Shown: positions 26,731-40,587, counted from the stretch's first letter. The stretch is DNA of 64,000 nt from Octopus sinensis (GCF_006345805.1 NC_043009.1:48608001-48672000), one strand, 5' to 3'. The notes: a model not told the origin generated them from the sequence alone. Made by a program: numbers and translations.

Positions 26731-27659
26731 TGTGTTTGTGGGTGTATGCAAATATTCATACACGTATATATGCATATATCATTCACGTATGAGTATATAT
26801 TTCTGCTAGTATGTTTGTTTGTACGTATTAATATATATGTATATGTGTACATATATATAGCTATTTATTTATGTATATATATATATTATACACACACATG
26901 TATGTATATATAGATACATATAACATATATATGTATATGTATATATATGAATATATATATGTGTACATATATATATATATAATATATATATATATATAAT
27001 ATATATATATTACATTATATATATATATACCAGTGGTATACTAGTTCAATCAGTCGTTTATATCATTTCCTCAGTAAAATATGGCTTTGTGCTCGGTCAA
27101 AAGAAAAACAATATTTTTCACACTTCAAATGGATGTTAATTTATTTATACAGGAAAGACACAAATTACACCATTATTTTAATATTCTATTCTTCCATTAT
27201 TCCATAGGATTTCGTGTTATCTAATGATCAAATATTTTAGTGCTAGCTACGCAGTTTTAAAGAAGAAATTGATGTTGTAGTTACTGTTGTTGTTGTTACA
27301 GCTTCGCTATTGTTGTTGTTGTTATTGTTGCTACTAATGATGATGATCTTGGTGATGATGATGATGATAGTGGTGATGGTGGTGGTGGTTGTGGTGGTGG
27401 TGGTAGTGATGAAGATGATGATGATGATGATGATTATGATGATTAGGAGGATTTTATATTTTTTACGTTTTGTTATTTAACAAAAAGCGACCTCTGATCG
27501 ATCAGACACATGATTCAAATAATTCCAGTCAGCTATTGTAATTATGTGACCATCTCGTCTTTTTTTTATGAGTCTATTGACTACATTATCTAAGATGCTA
27601 TTTCCATATAATTTAAGGCTGTACTTTGAAAGGCTGGTATGAAGGAGTCTGAAAGTCTT

Positions 27660-28180
27660 AGTTTTAGTTCCTCTAGTACAGTCGGACTACTCACTGGGTA
27701 ACAAAACTTCTCCAATAATCCGAGTTTTGAATATAGTCGCCTGCATCATCCTACGTGAAGCTATGTTCTTTCAGAATTCATTTGATGCATGTGCACCATG
27801 TCGTCTCGGTCTCACACTTTTTATTCGTCAATTTAGTGGTGTTCTTCGTACAGCTGTCTTGGGTATTCTTCCCTGTGAAAGTCTGAAAACATGGTCTGCG
27901 CGTCTCACTTTTCTTTATCCCACAATCTCCCGTTGGCTGCCCAAATTATTTCTTCTCGGGGCTTAGGAAGATTGCGATTCTATCCTTGTACGTGATTTTG
28001 CGTATTCTGTGTAAAGACCTACGGTGGTGGAAAACACGCAATCTCTGAGTGATCTTGGCATTCATTTTCTGGTGTTTATTTCTGGAAGGCCTGCACACCA
28101 CTTTTGTAGAATGCCCTTCGTTTAGCTCCTAGATACTGAAAAGGTATTTGTAAGCCGTAACTTAAGAACAAGGGAAATAT
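27660..28180 (-). mobile_element. Highly decayed RTE-like LINE 3' fragment
   Basis: Minus strand gives DHVFRLSQGRIPKTA...RP..TW remnants resembling the GHV.R....RIPK....GRP..TW C-terminus. Confidence 0.4.
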
Positions 28181-28389
28181 AAACATTTATCTTAATATAG
28201 TTGTAGTTAGTGTTGTTTTTGTTGTTGCCTGTAATGAAAGAAATTCCAACCGTGACTACCCAATGTCTTTTCATATTTAAGAACAATATCACAATTTCAT
28301 TCACCTTAAAACGGCCTGAAGTAATCAGTGAATGTTGTTGTTTGTAGCAGACTAAACGATCCGTCAGTGGTTTCCCCGTTGCTTAGGGC

Positions 28390-29140
28390 AAGTAAATATG
28401 AGGTGTACGGTAGAGTGCTATAATGTATAGTTGAATTGTAGAGTAGTGTTCAAATATGGTGTATTGCTGAGTTTTATAAAATAGTGTAATGTTGTAGATT
28501 TCTGTAGAGTGAACTGATATATTAGTGTAATGTAGACATATGGTGTAGGTTGTGTTGCACCGTATTTTAATGTAGAATGGATTGGAAATGTAATATATAT
28601 ATATGATGTATATTAGAGGCGTGTTGTAGATCGTTATAACGTGTGGTCGAATAGTATAGAATAGACTGATATATTAATGTGATATTAAGATGTGAAGTAA
28701 TGTAGAATTGTCCGAAATATATTAGTGTATTGTAGACATGTGGAACCATGTATAATGTTATAATGTAACCTTGAGTAATGCAGATTGGTGTAGGGTAGAA
28801 TGTTATAACCCATTGTAGACTAATGTAGAGTGCTACAGAATGAACTAATATATTAGTGTCATGTAGAGAGTATAGTAATTTATTGTAGAGTTGTGAGCAC
28901 TGTAGTGAGTATTGTAGTGTTAAGATGTGGATGAGGCTAAAGTACTATTATGTATAATATAGTTTTAGAGTAGCATGAAGTGGACTGATATAATAGTGTT
29001 CAAATGTGGTGTAGTATACAGGTGTGGAATTAAGTGGTATAAAGTATTGTAGAATAGTGCAGAGGAGACTGGTGTATTAGTGGCCTATTGAGATGTGATG
29101 TAGAGTATATTGTATTGCAGACTTGTAGAGCTGGTTGAAA
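28390..29140. repeat. Degenerate TGTAG-rich satellite with a recurring GACTGATATATTAGTGT motif
   Basis: Motif variants near 28510, 28661, 28712, 28841, 28981 and 29064. Confidence 0.5.
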
Positions 29141-29144
29141 TATT

Positions 29145-29376
29145 ACTCTTTTACTCTTTTACTCTTTTGATTGTTTCAGTCATTTGACTCTGGCCATGCT
29201 GGAGCACCGCCTTTAGTCGAGCAAATCGACCCCAGGACTTATTCTTTGTAAGCCTAGTACTTCTTCTCTCGGTCTCTTTTGCCGAACCGCTAAGTTACGG
29301 GGACGTAAACACACCAGCATTGGTTGTCAAATGATGTTGGGGATAGGGACACAATCACAGACTCACAAGCACACAG

Positions 29377-29418
<42 letters not shown>

Positions 29419-29632
29419 TATATATTATATATATATATATCTATATATATAATATATATTATATATAATATGCATATATACGACGGGCTTTTTCAGTTGC
29501 TGTCTACCAAAATCCACTCACAAGGCTTTGGTCGGCCTGAATACATTTGCCCAAGGTGCAATGTAGTGGGACTGAACCAAAGCCATGTGGTTCGTAAGCG
29601 AGCTACTTACAGACCAGCCACTCCTGCGCCTA
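29145..29632 (-). mobile_element. SINE family 2
   Basis: Full head-to-tail match with (TACTCTTT)n tail. Confidence 0.88.
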
Positions 29633-29668
29633 TTAGTATAATGTAGTTATATAGCGTTGGGTTGAAGA

Positions 29669-29870
29669 GAACTCAGAACATAAAGACAGACGAAATACCT
29701 ATTTCTTTACTACCCACAAGGGGCTAAACACAGAGAAGACAATCAAGGACAGACAAACGGATTAAGTCGATTATATCGACCCCAGTGCGTAACTTTCGAC
29801 CCCGAAAGGATGAAAAGCAAAGTCGACCTCGGCGGAATTTGAACTCAGAACGTAACGGCAGACGAAATAC
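29669..29870 (-). mobile_element. SINE family 1 body (tail B) plus a remnant of an earlier host unit; its head lies at 35218-35278
   Basis: Junction GACGAAATAC|CTATTTC at 29698/29699. The SINE is interrupted at 29870 by the LINE. Confidence 0.9.
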
Positions 29871-30115
29871 CAATTTCTTTATTGCCCACCGGGGGCCAAA
29901 CATAGATATGGACAGTACAACTGATGGGATCAGTGAATCGATATGATTTTACATAAATGTGACATCAAAAATAAAATACAATACATAAAAATCGAATGGA
30001 ATACACAGTACAAAAACAATACAAATGAAGCGATGATCAAGTTACGCTCCGATCCCACAAGCCCCGATTCTACCGCTGATACCTTTTTATTTTTTTTTTT
30101 TTTTTCCTCATCTAT

Positions 30116-33100
30116 TCACACGGTTCCTTGCACGCACAACACTCGTGCAACATACTTCCATCTCTTTTGGAACGTACACTCTGACAGACACCTCTTCTCC
30201 AGCCACAGTTTCCTTTTCAAATGAAAAGAAAAAAAGGATCGTAAATTGTCACCAGAGATAAAGTTGCCTGTCTTAATTCCTTTTATCCTAGTATTCCATA
30301 CAGCCTCTTTTGCTATTGCTACAACCGTGAGAAAACAATTCTTACCTTCGTTCGTTAGAACTCCCGGTGGTCAATTTTTATAATTGACTCAGTCGACAGC
30401 CGTACTCTTCCTTCGCCGGACAACAGATGTTCAGCATAAGCCCACATTTCAGTTATCTCCGGACACTGAACAATAGCGTGAGGGACGGTTTCCCTGTCCC
30501 CACCGCATCTTGGACAGGTCGGCGACTGACGTTTACCATGTCTTGCGAGCTTATCCCAAACGGGCAAGGCACCTCTGTAGCATTGCCAGGTTAAGGACTT
30601 TTGGAAGTTGTCCAACGTTCTCAACCCGAATGTACGATGAAACAAGCTGTCCAGTTGAATAATCCGAGACCTAGAGTCGACCCCAGGCCATCGTCGCATT
30701 CAGACTCTACCAAACCAACTATATAAAAATCCGTGTGGAACCCCACCGCTGGCGTTGCCCGAGCGCCGGAACAGCAAGAGGGCCTTACGGCACTCTTTAT
30801 GCCACTCACTCGACCTCGGTCTACGAGAACACACCAGGCTTCCTGTTCGCAAAAACTCTTGAACTCAGGGAACATTTGTCTGGCCAGCGGAGACCACACC
30901 CGTTCACTATCCAGGAGAATTCAGAGGTGCCTCAACCTCAACGCATGTCTGCGCATCATTAACCAAGGCATCCCTAAACCTCCATTTAAAGGCTTTTGAC
31001 AGCAGACAGAGCGTTTCACAAGTGGCGACCTGCCCTTCCACAAAAAGCGAAAGAGCTGTCTCTCCAACCTGATCAACCACGAATCCGGACAGGGCACGAC
31101 AGTCAGGCGGTAGGTAATGACCGATGCGATAAACACATCGGCCACTTCCGCCTCCCTTTCAGGGATAGCCACCGCCAAGACCAAGTCTTGACTACTGCAG
31201 CCACCCTGCTCAATACCTCCGTCCAGTTCTTCTCTATCTGGAGGCCTGGTCCAAACCAGACTCCCAGCAACTTAACCGGTCCCTCCGTCCAGCGCCTAAC
31301 AACACTGTCTGAAGGCATCGACTTGCCAACCAGGTGCCGAGCTGCAAGCCGACCGACTTTTCCCGGTTAATCTTTGCTCTGCTACCTCCTCGTAAGCCTC
31401 AATAGTCTTACCTACTTCACGTAGCGTACCACTGTGGTTACACTGAGAGTGATATCATCCGCGAAAGCCGTAACAAACTCCTCTAGTCCTGGTTCTCTCG
31501 GGATGCCACTCAACCTTTGCAGTAATGGCTCGAGAGCCATCACAACAAAAGTGGTGTGAAAGCGGACATCCTTGACGAACCGAGCGTCTGATGCAGAACG
31601 GCTTCGAAAGGAAACCGTTCACCCGAACTATCGAGTCAATGTTGTGGTACAAAGCGATAAATCACCTGAGGAAGCCAAGGCCCAGGCCAAACCGCGCAAG
31701 TACAGTCGCTAGGTATCGATGGTCAACCCTATCAAAAGCTTTAGACTGGTCCAAATGCACCAATGCCCCACCTTTGCCAGATTTATTACCAAACCTCTCT
31801 ATGGTATAGCGAATAAGATGGAGGGTATCCTGAATGGTTCTGCCTGGATGGCACATGTCTGTGCCTCCCCGACTATACCATTCGCGACACGCGCCAACCT
31901 TTTTGCTAGAACCTTGGCCAAAATCTTCACTTCTGCGTTTAACAGAGTGATGGGCCTGAAATTCTCTAGAACGTCCCCTTGCGGGTCCTTTCTGACCAAC
32001 GTCACTACTCCCCGGCGCACAGATCTGGGGATAAACCCATTCTGTTTCCAGTTCGCGTACACGTCAGTCAGTAGTTGCCCGAACAAGTCTGGCATACATT
32101 TATACAGCTCGTACGGAAGACCATCAAGTCCCGGTGACTTACCCGCTTTACAATCGGCCAAAGCCTCCATCACCTCCTCAAGTGTGATTGGCCCTTCGCA
32201 AGACTCCGCATCCGACCCCGAGAGGCACGGCAGCCCAGTAAGAAAGTCCTCGAGGGCTCTCCCACCACCAGGACCGCCGTCACCCCCGAACAGCTGGGCG
32301 AAGTAGTACTCCCGAAAGACCTCACACATTTTCTCGGGTTCGTTTATCAAGACACCATTTTGATTCGTCAAAGACCGAATAGAGGAACTATTCCTTGCCG
32401 AGCTTCCACCACTCGGGCCCATCCAGCGGCTTTGATTCCTTCACTTCCCATTGCACGTAACTTAGCTCTGGTAATACTTCCCATGTGGTGGGCTTCAAGA
32501 TGATGGTTTAACTCCAGTCTTTTCACCCTCGCTTGGTCTGTATTACCAGTCCTCCAGGGCTTCTTCTAGTTCCTTAACTAGACCATCTCCTATTTTACGT
32601 CCCTTCTTAGCTAAACTTATGCTAAACCTAATAGACTCATATTTGATGGCTCTTTTTAGGGCGTACCACCATTTGTTATTAATGATGGTACCTGTTAATG
32701 CCCTCTGTATTAACATCTTGATCCGCTTTCTGTACTCCTCAATCGCCAAAAGGGACGTATTGAGTTTCCAGTAGCCAGATCCCTGTCTATGCAACTTATC
32801 TACCGTCAGTTTACAGGTAACCATCTTGTGGTCACTGTAGCTGACTAGAAAAAACTGTGGACACTCAACTATGGACTTATCTTTTTCTCTAATTAAAATC
32901 CTATCTAGATATGTTCTGGTAGACCCGTCACTATTTGACCACGTCCACTGTGGAGTGTTCGGGTGCTCCAACCTATATGGATCTGCTAGCTGAAATTGAC
33001 TTAGCAGATCCCGAAAGCCTGTGTGTTACTTTCTGTTCATGTTCGAGTTTGAGCCAACACAATCTGTGTGTGCTGCACATATTGTATAGAGTCTCCTAAC

Positions 33101-33513
33101 ACTACTAGTGAATGCGACGTGGCTAGGAACTTTCCTAGGCCACGAAAATATTCAGTTTGCGGGCCAATAATGTTTGGTGCATAAATAGCGACCAGCCTGA
33201 TTGTCTTGCCACAACTGAATGTCAAGTCGAGAACGACCAGCCTGCCTTCTGGGTCAGAAAAAACCAACTTTTTCTCGGCTACCCGGTTTCTTTTTAGTAG
33301 GACCAACACCCCACCCCCACCTCCCGCCGACTCGGAGAAACGTATTTCTCGTAGCCGTTCAGGAGGGGGAGCAGATCTCTTGGCCCCTCACCCGGGTTTC
33401 CGTTGTGCAACAATTACATCCAAATTTCTCGACCTGATGTCATTCAGAAAGCGTCCTTGCTTCCAGCTTGACAACAGGCCATGAACATTTAAACAACCAA
33501 TGTGAATAGCCAT
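30116..33513 (-). pseudogene. Tx1 ORF2: AP endonuclease, reverse transcriptase and zf-RVT (frameshifted in this sequence)
   Basis: MAIHIGCLNVHGL, IYAPN, LDRIL, SDH, YWKLN; KSPGLDGLP, FRPITLLN, LDQSKAFDRVDH, QGCPLS, FADD; GGLGMP; CPRC..ETVPHAIVQC. Confidence 0.93.
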
Positions 33514-33524
33514 CACTTACCTGT

Positions 33525-34980
33525 TTAATTAGGATTGTCCGGTGGAGGGGGACCCTCCACCTTTTTTTTATCCAGGGTCGGAGGTGGACGGTCTTGGGAA
33601 ATAGATTTGTCAAAATCCCGTCTCACCACCGACACAGAATTATCAGGTGGAGGGGGAATCTCCACCTTTTCCTTTTCTCGCGGGATCGGAGCTGGTAATC
33701 CATGAAATATCGACTTGTTAAAATCTAATCTCAATGAAGATACAGTCTTTCTGTACTTATTTTGTAGAATTCTATAAGTCTTATTTGAGACTTCATATAT
33801 GTCGTAATTGATAAATTCCTCTGAAAGGTTATCAATTTTTTTTACAGTCTTTATGAGTTGAATGTCTCTCATGAGCTCAGTATCTTTAGTGTATACGGCT
33901 ATTATGCCTTTTTCTCTTTTCTCTTCTGGCAGTCTTTTTTGGTCGTTGTTCTGTAGTAGTCGCCGCTCTCGGCTGGGTTGCTGGTTGTATTTTTCTTTTG
34001 TTTGTTGTTTTTTTCTCATCTGTTTCTTCTTATCTTCTTCCTCTTTGTCTTTTTTCTCCTCTTCCTCTCTCTTCTTCATTTTCCTTGCAGTTCCTTCGAA
34101 TGTGGCCTAATTGACCACATAAAAAACATCGAGGTTTTCGGCCCTCAACAAACACCACGAGGTTCTCCTCCCCTACCTCAATTGTCTCAGGAATTGTTGA
34201 ATTATTTTAGGGTCCGCTTGAATGAGAAGATTAATTGTTTTACCATCCCAGCGTGGGTTTTCCGTAGCGGTAGCCTGGAGGAGAGTAATTTTTTCTACCT
34301 CTTTGATTAGGACTGCCGCCAACAACCACATAGGTTCGACCTCTGGCGGGACCCTTGTAATTTTTATTCGCGACGTCCTCATCCCCATATAATAGGGTAT
34401 TAACTCCACGTCGTTCGTTTTCAACGTTTCCACTGAGTTCTTGTGTGCTATTTCTTTATTGGTGAACCTTACTTCCACCGTTCCGAATTTTTTTCCTCTT
34501 CTCAGAAATACTACGTCGCCCAATATTGGCTTTAAGCACTTTTCTATTTTCTCTTCTGACATTCTTTCAATTTTTCTATTTTGTAGACAATATGTTTTGA
34601 AAATTATTGTTTTTTGCTTTTCTTCCTGTAATAACTTTTGCGGAGGTTCAATTTTCACATGTGTCATTTATTTCCATCATTTTGCTGTATTTCATAATTT
34701 CGCTTTTATTCGTCGACAGTATCTGGGTTCCACCCCCAGCAGCCAACGCAAAACTTTTTTTTCCATTTTTTGGTTCTATCTGGATGCTAGGCACATCAAT
34801 TATTCTCTTCGACACAATGCCTTTGTTCTCTGGCAAAGTCGGAAACTCTTCTGGTGAAAGTTCTGACGAGCTCTCAGACACATCTCCAAAAATATCAAAT
34901 ATATTATCCTCTCTGCTATTCCTTCTTGTAGCGGGGGAAACCCCTATTTCCTTGTCTGTAGTTGGCTCCTCGCCGGACAT
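33525..34980 (-). pseudogene. Tx1 ORF1 (gag-like, frameshifted)
   Basis: CCHC knuckle CFLCGQLGHIRRNC at 34087-34128, an RRM-like region, a charged tail and a duplicated PPPPDN motif. Confidence 0.85.
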
Positions 34981-35331
34981 GTATTTCCTCCTCTCAACAA
35001 GAGAGAAGAAACAAGTATTTCTGCTCCAACGGTAGGCTCCATGCTAGACGACATTCTTCCCCCCAAAGGGGGAATGAACAACGCGTGCTACCACAAGCAC
35101 TAAGTGTTTTCAATTGAAAACTCCAACAGTTAAGTATTCAACAGTTTAACAAGAAACAACAGTTGTTAACAATATTAACACCACGAAACAGCAATTCTTA
35201 CTTCACGAACACATGCGCGGCAGACGAAATACGGCTACGAATTTCGCCCGGCGTGCTTAACGTTTCTGCCAGCTCGCCACTTTACATGAATGAATATTGT
35301 TATAGTTATTGTTGTTCGTATTGTTGTTCGT

Positions 35332-35758
35332 AGGCGCAGGAGTGGCTGTATGGTAAGTAGCTTGCTAACCAACCACATGGTTCCGGGTTCAGTCCCACTT
35401 CGGGCAATTTGGGCAAGTGTCTTTTGCTATAGCCCCGGGCCGACCAATGCCTTGTGAGTGAATTTGGTAGACGGAAACTGAAAGAAGTTTGTCGTATATA
35501 TATATCTATATATATATAATATATATATATATATATGTGGGGCTGTGTGTGTTTGTGGTTGTGTTTGTCCTCTAGCATTGCTGACAACCGATGCTGGTGT
35601 GTTTACGTCCCCGTCACTTAGCGGTTCGGCAAAAGAGACCGATAGAATAAGTACTGGGCTTACAAAGAATAAGTCCCGGGGTCGATTTGCTCGACTAAAG
35701 GTGGTGCTCCAGCATGGCCGCAGTCAAATGACTGAAACAAGTAAAAGAGTAAAAGAGT
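35332..35758 (+). mobile_element. SINE family 2, full length
   Basis: AGGCGCAGGAGTGGCTG head, B box GGTTCAGTCCC, internal microsatellite and GTAAAAGA tail. Confidence 0.9.
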
Positions 35759-36476
35759 AGTGTGGTGCTTTGCCCCAGGTCAGCACTGAATTTGTAGGCA
35801 TGAGTTCAAAGGGTAATTCAGCCATGATCATCCTATTACATTTTCAACTATGGTAAAGAACGTCAACCAACATTACCCTTCGTCTTTTGTTAAGGTAGGC
35901 TATCATTCGAAGGAGCTATGGCTACTATTTTAAGCATATCGAGCAACCAAATAATACATTCCATATTGGCTCTTAGTATAAATTTAGTATTTAGGAGTGG
36001 TGTATACTGATATAGTATATACAAGCCATGTAGATTACAACATACGTTATTGTAGTTGTTTAGTGCTGGGTCGATCCGGATTGAGAAGACCATCCTGACA
36101 TTTTCTTGAGCGATACATTTCTGGTACTGCATTATTTTCTAATGCACTCATTCACTTTAAATCGGTAGAGTATTATATGAGAGGATTTAGCTGCTATTTC
36201 TAACATGTTGAGACAGTATTTCTCGCTGGCTCGTGATAGTAATTGTTTCCCAGGGAAGCACAGGGTCAAAATTATGCGGGAAGAGGTTATCGTTCAATCG
36301 AACGCACTTGTTTATTTCATCCATCCCCAGGAGGATCAATGGTAAAGTTGACCTTAGTTGGGTTGAACCAAGAACATAGAAACTTGAATTAATACCACTG
36401 TTCTACTGAGGATGTCAGTTTACCACTTTATGTTTATGTATGTATGTATGTATGTATGTATAGATAGATAGTTAGA

Positions 36477-36513
<37 letters not shown>

Positions 36514-36569
36514 CATAGATATGAATGAATTTATATGTGTATATGTAAGTGTAGTTACAATTGTGCATA

Positions 36570-36623
<54 letters not shown>

Positions 36624-37710
36624 CATATATATACACACACATGCATAAATTCAGATAGATAGATTGTTGATAGATAGATAGATAGATAGAGAGAGAGAAG
36701 AGAGGAGAGAGAGAAAGAGGGGAGAAGAGAGAGAGAGAGAGAGAGAGTTAGAGAGAGATTGATATGCACTTCGAAACAAGCATGTATGTATATATACATG
36801 TGTAGAAGCACACACACATGAACATGTGACACATACAAATATATACGTGAATGTGTTTGTATATAACATATATACATACATAGATATATATATAACATAT
36901 AAATTATATATATATATTATATATATATATATATATATGTGTGTGTTGTGTGTGTGTGTGTGTGGTGTGTGTTGTGTATACACACATACACCACACACAG
37001 TGAAGCTTCTGCAGGTGTTTACTGTATCGACATAGGAACAATTGAAAATCAAAAACACTTCTCCTGTTCCTCTGCCGGGTTTGAGCCTACATAGTAAAGA
37101 GCCGCAACTACTAAAACACCACGTGACATTTTTCTCCAGCACTTCACCATTATTACAAAACCGCCATTACTCCCGCCCCAGTCCTAAATTTTCTTCTACA
37201 TATTGTATTTCTTCATAAATACAATTTCTATTCATTTAAGTCTTCATATTTGTTTATATTAACGTTATACAAATGTGTTTTATATATCTCTGTTTATTAA
37301 ATATATCTATTCTCTTGTATATAATTCCTTCTCCCTGTTATATCCGTTTATTAATCCGTCAATTTAAACCCAGTCGATTAAACCCTAATCTCTATGCTGA
37401 CATCACGTTGTCCAAATATGGTTGCTTCCCCACAGTTGCCATAAACCCCCAATTCCAGAACTTTACAACTCCCTGGTGACTTCATTGAATAAATAATTCG
37501 ATGATGGACTCTTCCATGATTTAATCCTTAAAATGCATCAAGTGTCTGGATTCGAGTTTGCTGTTTTCTTTTATATGTATATATTTGATTCTTTTCTTGT
37601 TGTTTATGTTCGTATTTGTGTTTGTTATCGTTGGTTTTGTCTTTGTTAACTGTTGCTGTTCTTATCTGACTCGCTCACTCTCTATCAATCTGTCTATTTG
37701 TATGTCTGTG

Positions 37711-37759
<49 letters not shown>

Positions 37760-37766
37760 ATCTATA

Positions 37767-37815
<49 letters not shown>

Positions 37816-38022
37816 CTTTCTCTCACTGGCTTGTATACAAACACACATACACATATATACACATGGGTGTATATACATATATACATACATAATATATATG
37901 TTAGTACATTTCCAGAAATATATATATGTACAGACATATATACATTCACATATGTATATATATTTATATATACATATGTATATATGAATATAATGTATAT
38001 ACACACACACACAGATATACTC

Positions 38023-38432
38023 TTTACTCTTACTCTTTTACTCTTTTACTCTTTTACTTGTTTCAGTCATTTGACTGCGGCCATGCTGGAGCACCGCCTT
38101 TAGTCGAACAAATCGACCCCGGGACTTCCTTTGTAAGCCCAGTACTTATTCTATCGTCTCTTTTGCCGAACCGCTAAGTGACAGGGACGTAAACACACCA
38201 GCATCGGTTGTCAAGCAATGCTAGGGGACAACACAACACACAGACATATACACACACACATATATATACGACAGGCTTCTTTCAGTTTCCGTCTACCAAA
38301 TCCACTCACAAGGCTTGGTCGGCCCGGGGCTATAGCAGAAGACACTTGCCCAAGATGCCACGCAGTGGGACTGAACCCGGAACCATGTGGTTGGTTAGCA
38401 AGCTACTTACCACACAGCCACTCCTGCGCCTA
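38023..38432 (-). mobile_element. SINE family 2, full length
   Basis: Near-identical reverse complement of 35332-35758 and 53683-54102. Confidence 0.9.
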
Positions 38433-38439
38433 TATATAT

Positions 38440-38471
<32 letters not shown>

Positions 38472-38601
38472 ATATATATATATAGTTGTGTGTGTGTGTG
38501 TGCATACATGCGTATATATGTGCATAGTGTCTGTTGAACACTGTTATGCTGTGTAAAATACACAAACACATATATAGCTCGTTTCACATCCTTCTCTTGC
38601 G

Positions 38602-38638
<37 letters not shown>

Positions 38639-38664
38639 ACTATCTATCTATCTACCTATCTATG

Positions 38665-38699
<35 letters not shown>

Positions 38700-38848
38700 A
38701 CATAGTCTCTCTCTGCTACTCTCTCTCTCTCTCTCTCTCTCTTTGCATGTCTTTCTTTCTATCTATTTTATCGCTATATCTGTCTCTACCTTGTTTTTCT
38801 GTATATATGCATAACTTCATTTATGCATATATGCCTGTGTGGTTGTGT

Positions 38849-38880
<32 letters not shown>

Positions 38881-39721
38881 CTGTGTGTGTTTGCACGTGT
38901 GTATAAATATGTGTGCAGGCCTGTTTGTGTAGATGTATGCGGGTGGATGGTCGGTGGTGGTGGGGACTTATAAGTTCTGCACACATTTGTGAGTATGTGA
39001 GTGTTGAAGCATGCCGGAATTAATATATCCGTTTCTGTTTTCAATAAAGCTCCCTCATTGGTATTCATACAACAACGAGGTAGAATCACGTGATGGACAT
39101 TTAAGGCGCCCGCAGGTCATACAGTTCCGTACATATATATATCAGATAAATAGATATAGATCTAGTTATATCTTCATTATGGGTACACTACTCATCCACA
39201 AATGGCAAGAAATATTTCGTATATATCACTAAATAGAGGAGTACCAGTGGTGTTCCAGCATGGCTGCAGTCATGATTGAAGCAAGCAAAAGATAAAAGAT
39301 AATATATGATGTGGGGATAGGAAAACCTAAACTGCTATAATAAGGGTGTATATAGTTTAAGTTGATTTCATTTATATGGTTCCCGCTAAAGAAAGGTTTT
39401 GCCTGTTTCTGAAATACACCATGTTTGCAGAAATATAAATGTGTCCCGGTATACGATTCATTTATTTAAACATATTCTAATGTATTTTAGCATATGTTAG
39501 TATATCTAAATACTTAAATATCTATCAATCTATGTATCTAGCTATCGATCGATCAATTTATTAATCTATCTCCCTATACGTTTGTGCATGTGTGAATGTG
39601 TGTTTTATGCATGTATACATTTACACATGTACACACTTATGCATATATGCATGCGTGTATATATACGTATCCACATATTTTTGCATACACGTATATATAT
39701 ATATTTTTAGTATATATATAT

Positions 39722-39756
<35 letters not shown>

Positions 39757-39760
<4 letters not shown>

Positions 39761-40038
39761 CAGTGGTTAGGGCAGCGGACTCGCGGTTTCGATTCCATTC
39801 CGACGGCGTTGTGAGTGTTTATTGAGCGAAAACACCTAAAGCTCCACGAGGCTCCGGCAGGGGATGGTGGCGATCCCTGCTGTAGTCTTTCGCCACAACT
39901 TTCTCTCACTCTTTCTTCTGTTGGCCTGCTCGCTTAGCCAGCGGGGTGGCATCATTTGAGGGCTAAAACAATGCAAAGCGCATTGTGACCAGCGATGTGT
40001 AGCAACATCTGGTAGCCTGGTCGGTCACGGTGATCACG

Positions 40039-40043
<5 letters not shown>
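39757..40043 (+). mobile_element. SINE family 3 within (TA)n
   Basis: Homologous to 10027-10321. Confidence 0.85.
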
Positions 40044-40081
<38 letters not shown>

Positions 40082-40360
40082 TTACATGTGTATGCATATA
40101 TGTTTGAATGTATTTGTGTGAATATATATATCTGTGTCTGTGTGCATGCCTGTGAATGTGTAAATGGAGAATGTGAGATAGAAACAGGCAGAAAAACAAG
40201 CAGAAGTACAAAGAGGCAGAGTTAAAGTCGTTCAATACGACTAAAAACAAGGAAGATTTATTTTATTTGAGAATGACTCAAAATAAGTGTAAATTGAAAT
40301 ATTTTTTCTACGTCTCTCGAGAGTGACACTCTAGTTTCGGTTAGTACGAGGCTTATTGAA

Positions 40361-40396
<36 letters not shown>

Positions 40397-40587
40397 CAAA
40401 CATATACGCATAAATATATATGGTGTAAAAGCAATAACCATTCTTAGGAACAACACCCAAAGAACACACTTAAACCAATTTTATATTAATTTAAAACCAC
40501 TTTAAATTTTGGGATGTAAATTCTTCATCAGACACAAATAAGTGCAGGGAGAGTGTGAGAGAAAGAGAGAGGAGAAAAGAGGGAGAG

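Larger units (their letters stand above)
29871..35217 (-). mobile_element. Full-length Tx1-clade (L1 group) non-LTR retrotransposon
   Basis: 5' UTR, ORF1, ORF2 (APE-RT-zf) and 3' UTR. 15-bp TSD CGGCAGACGAAATAC at 29856-29870 and 35218-35232. Confidence 0.95.
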
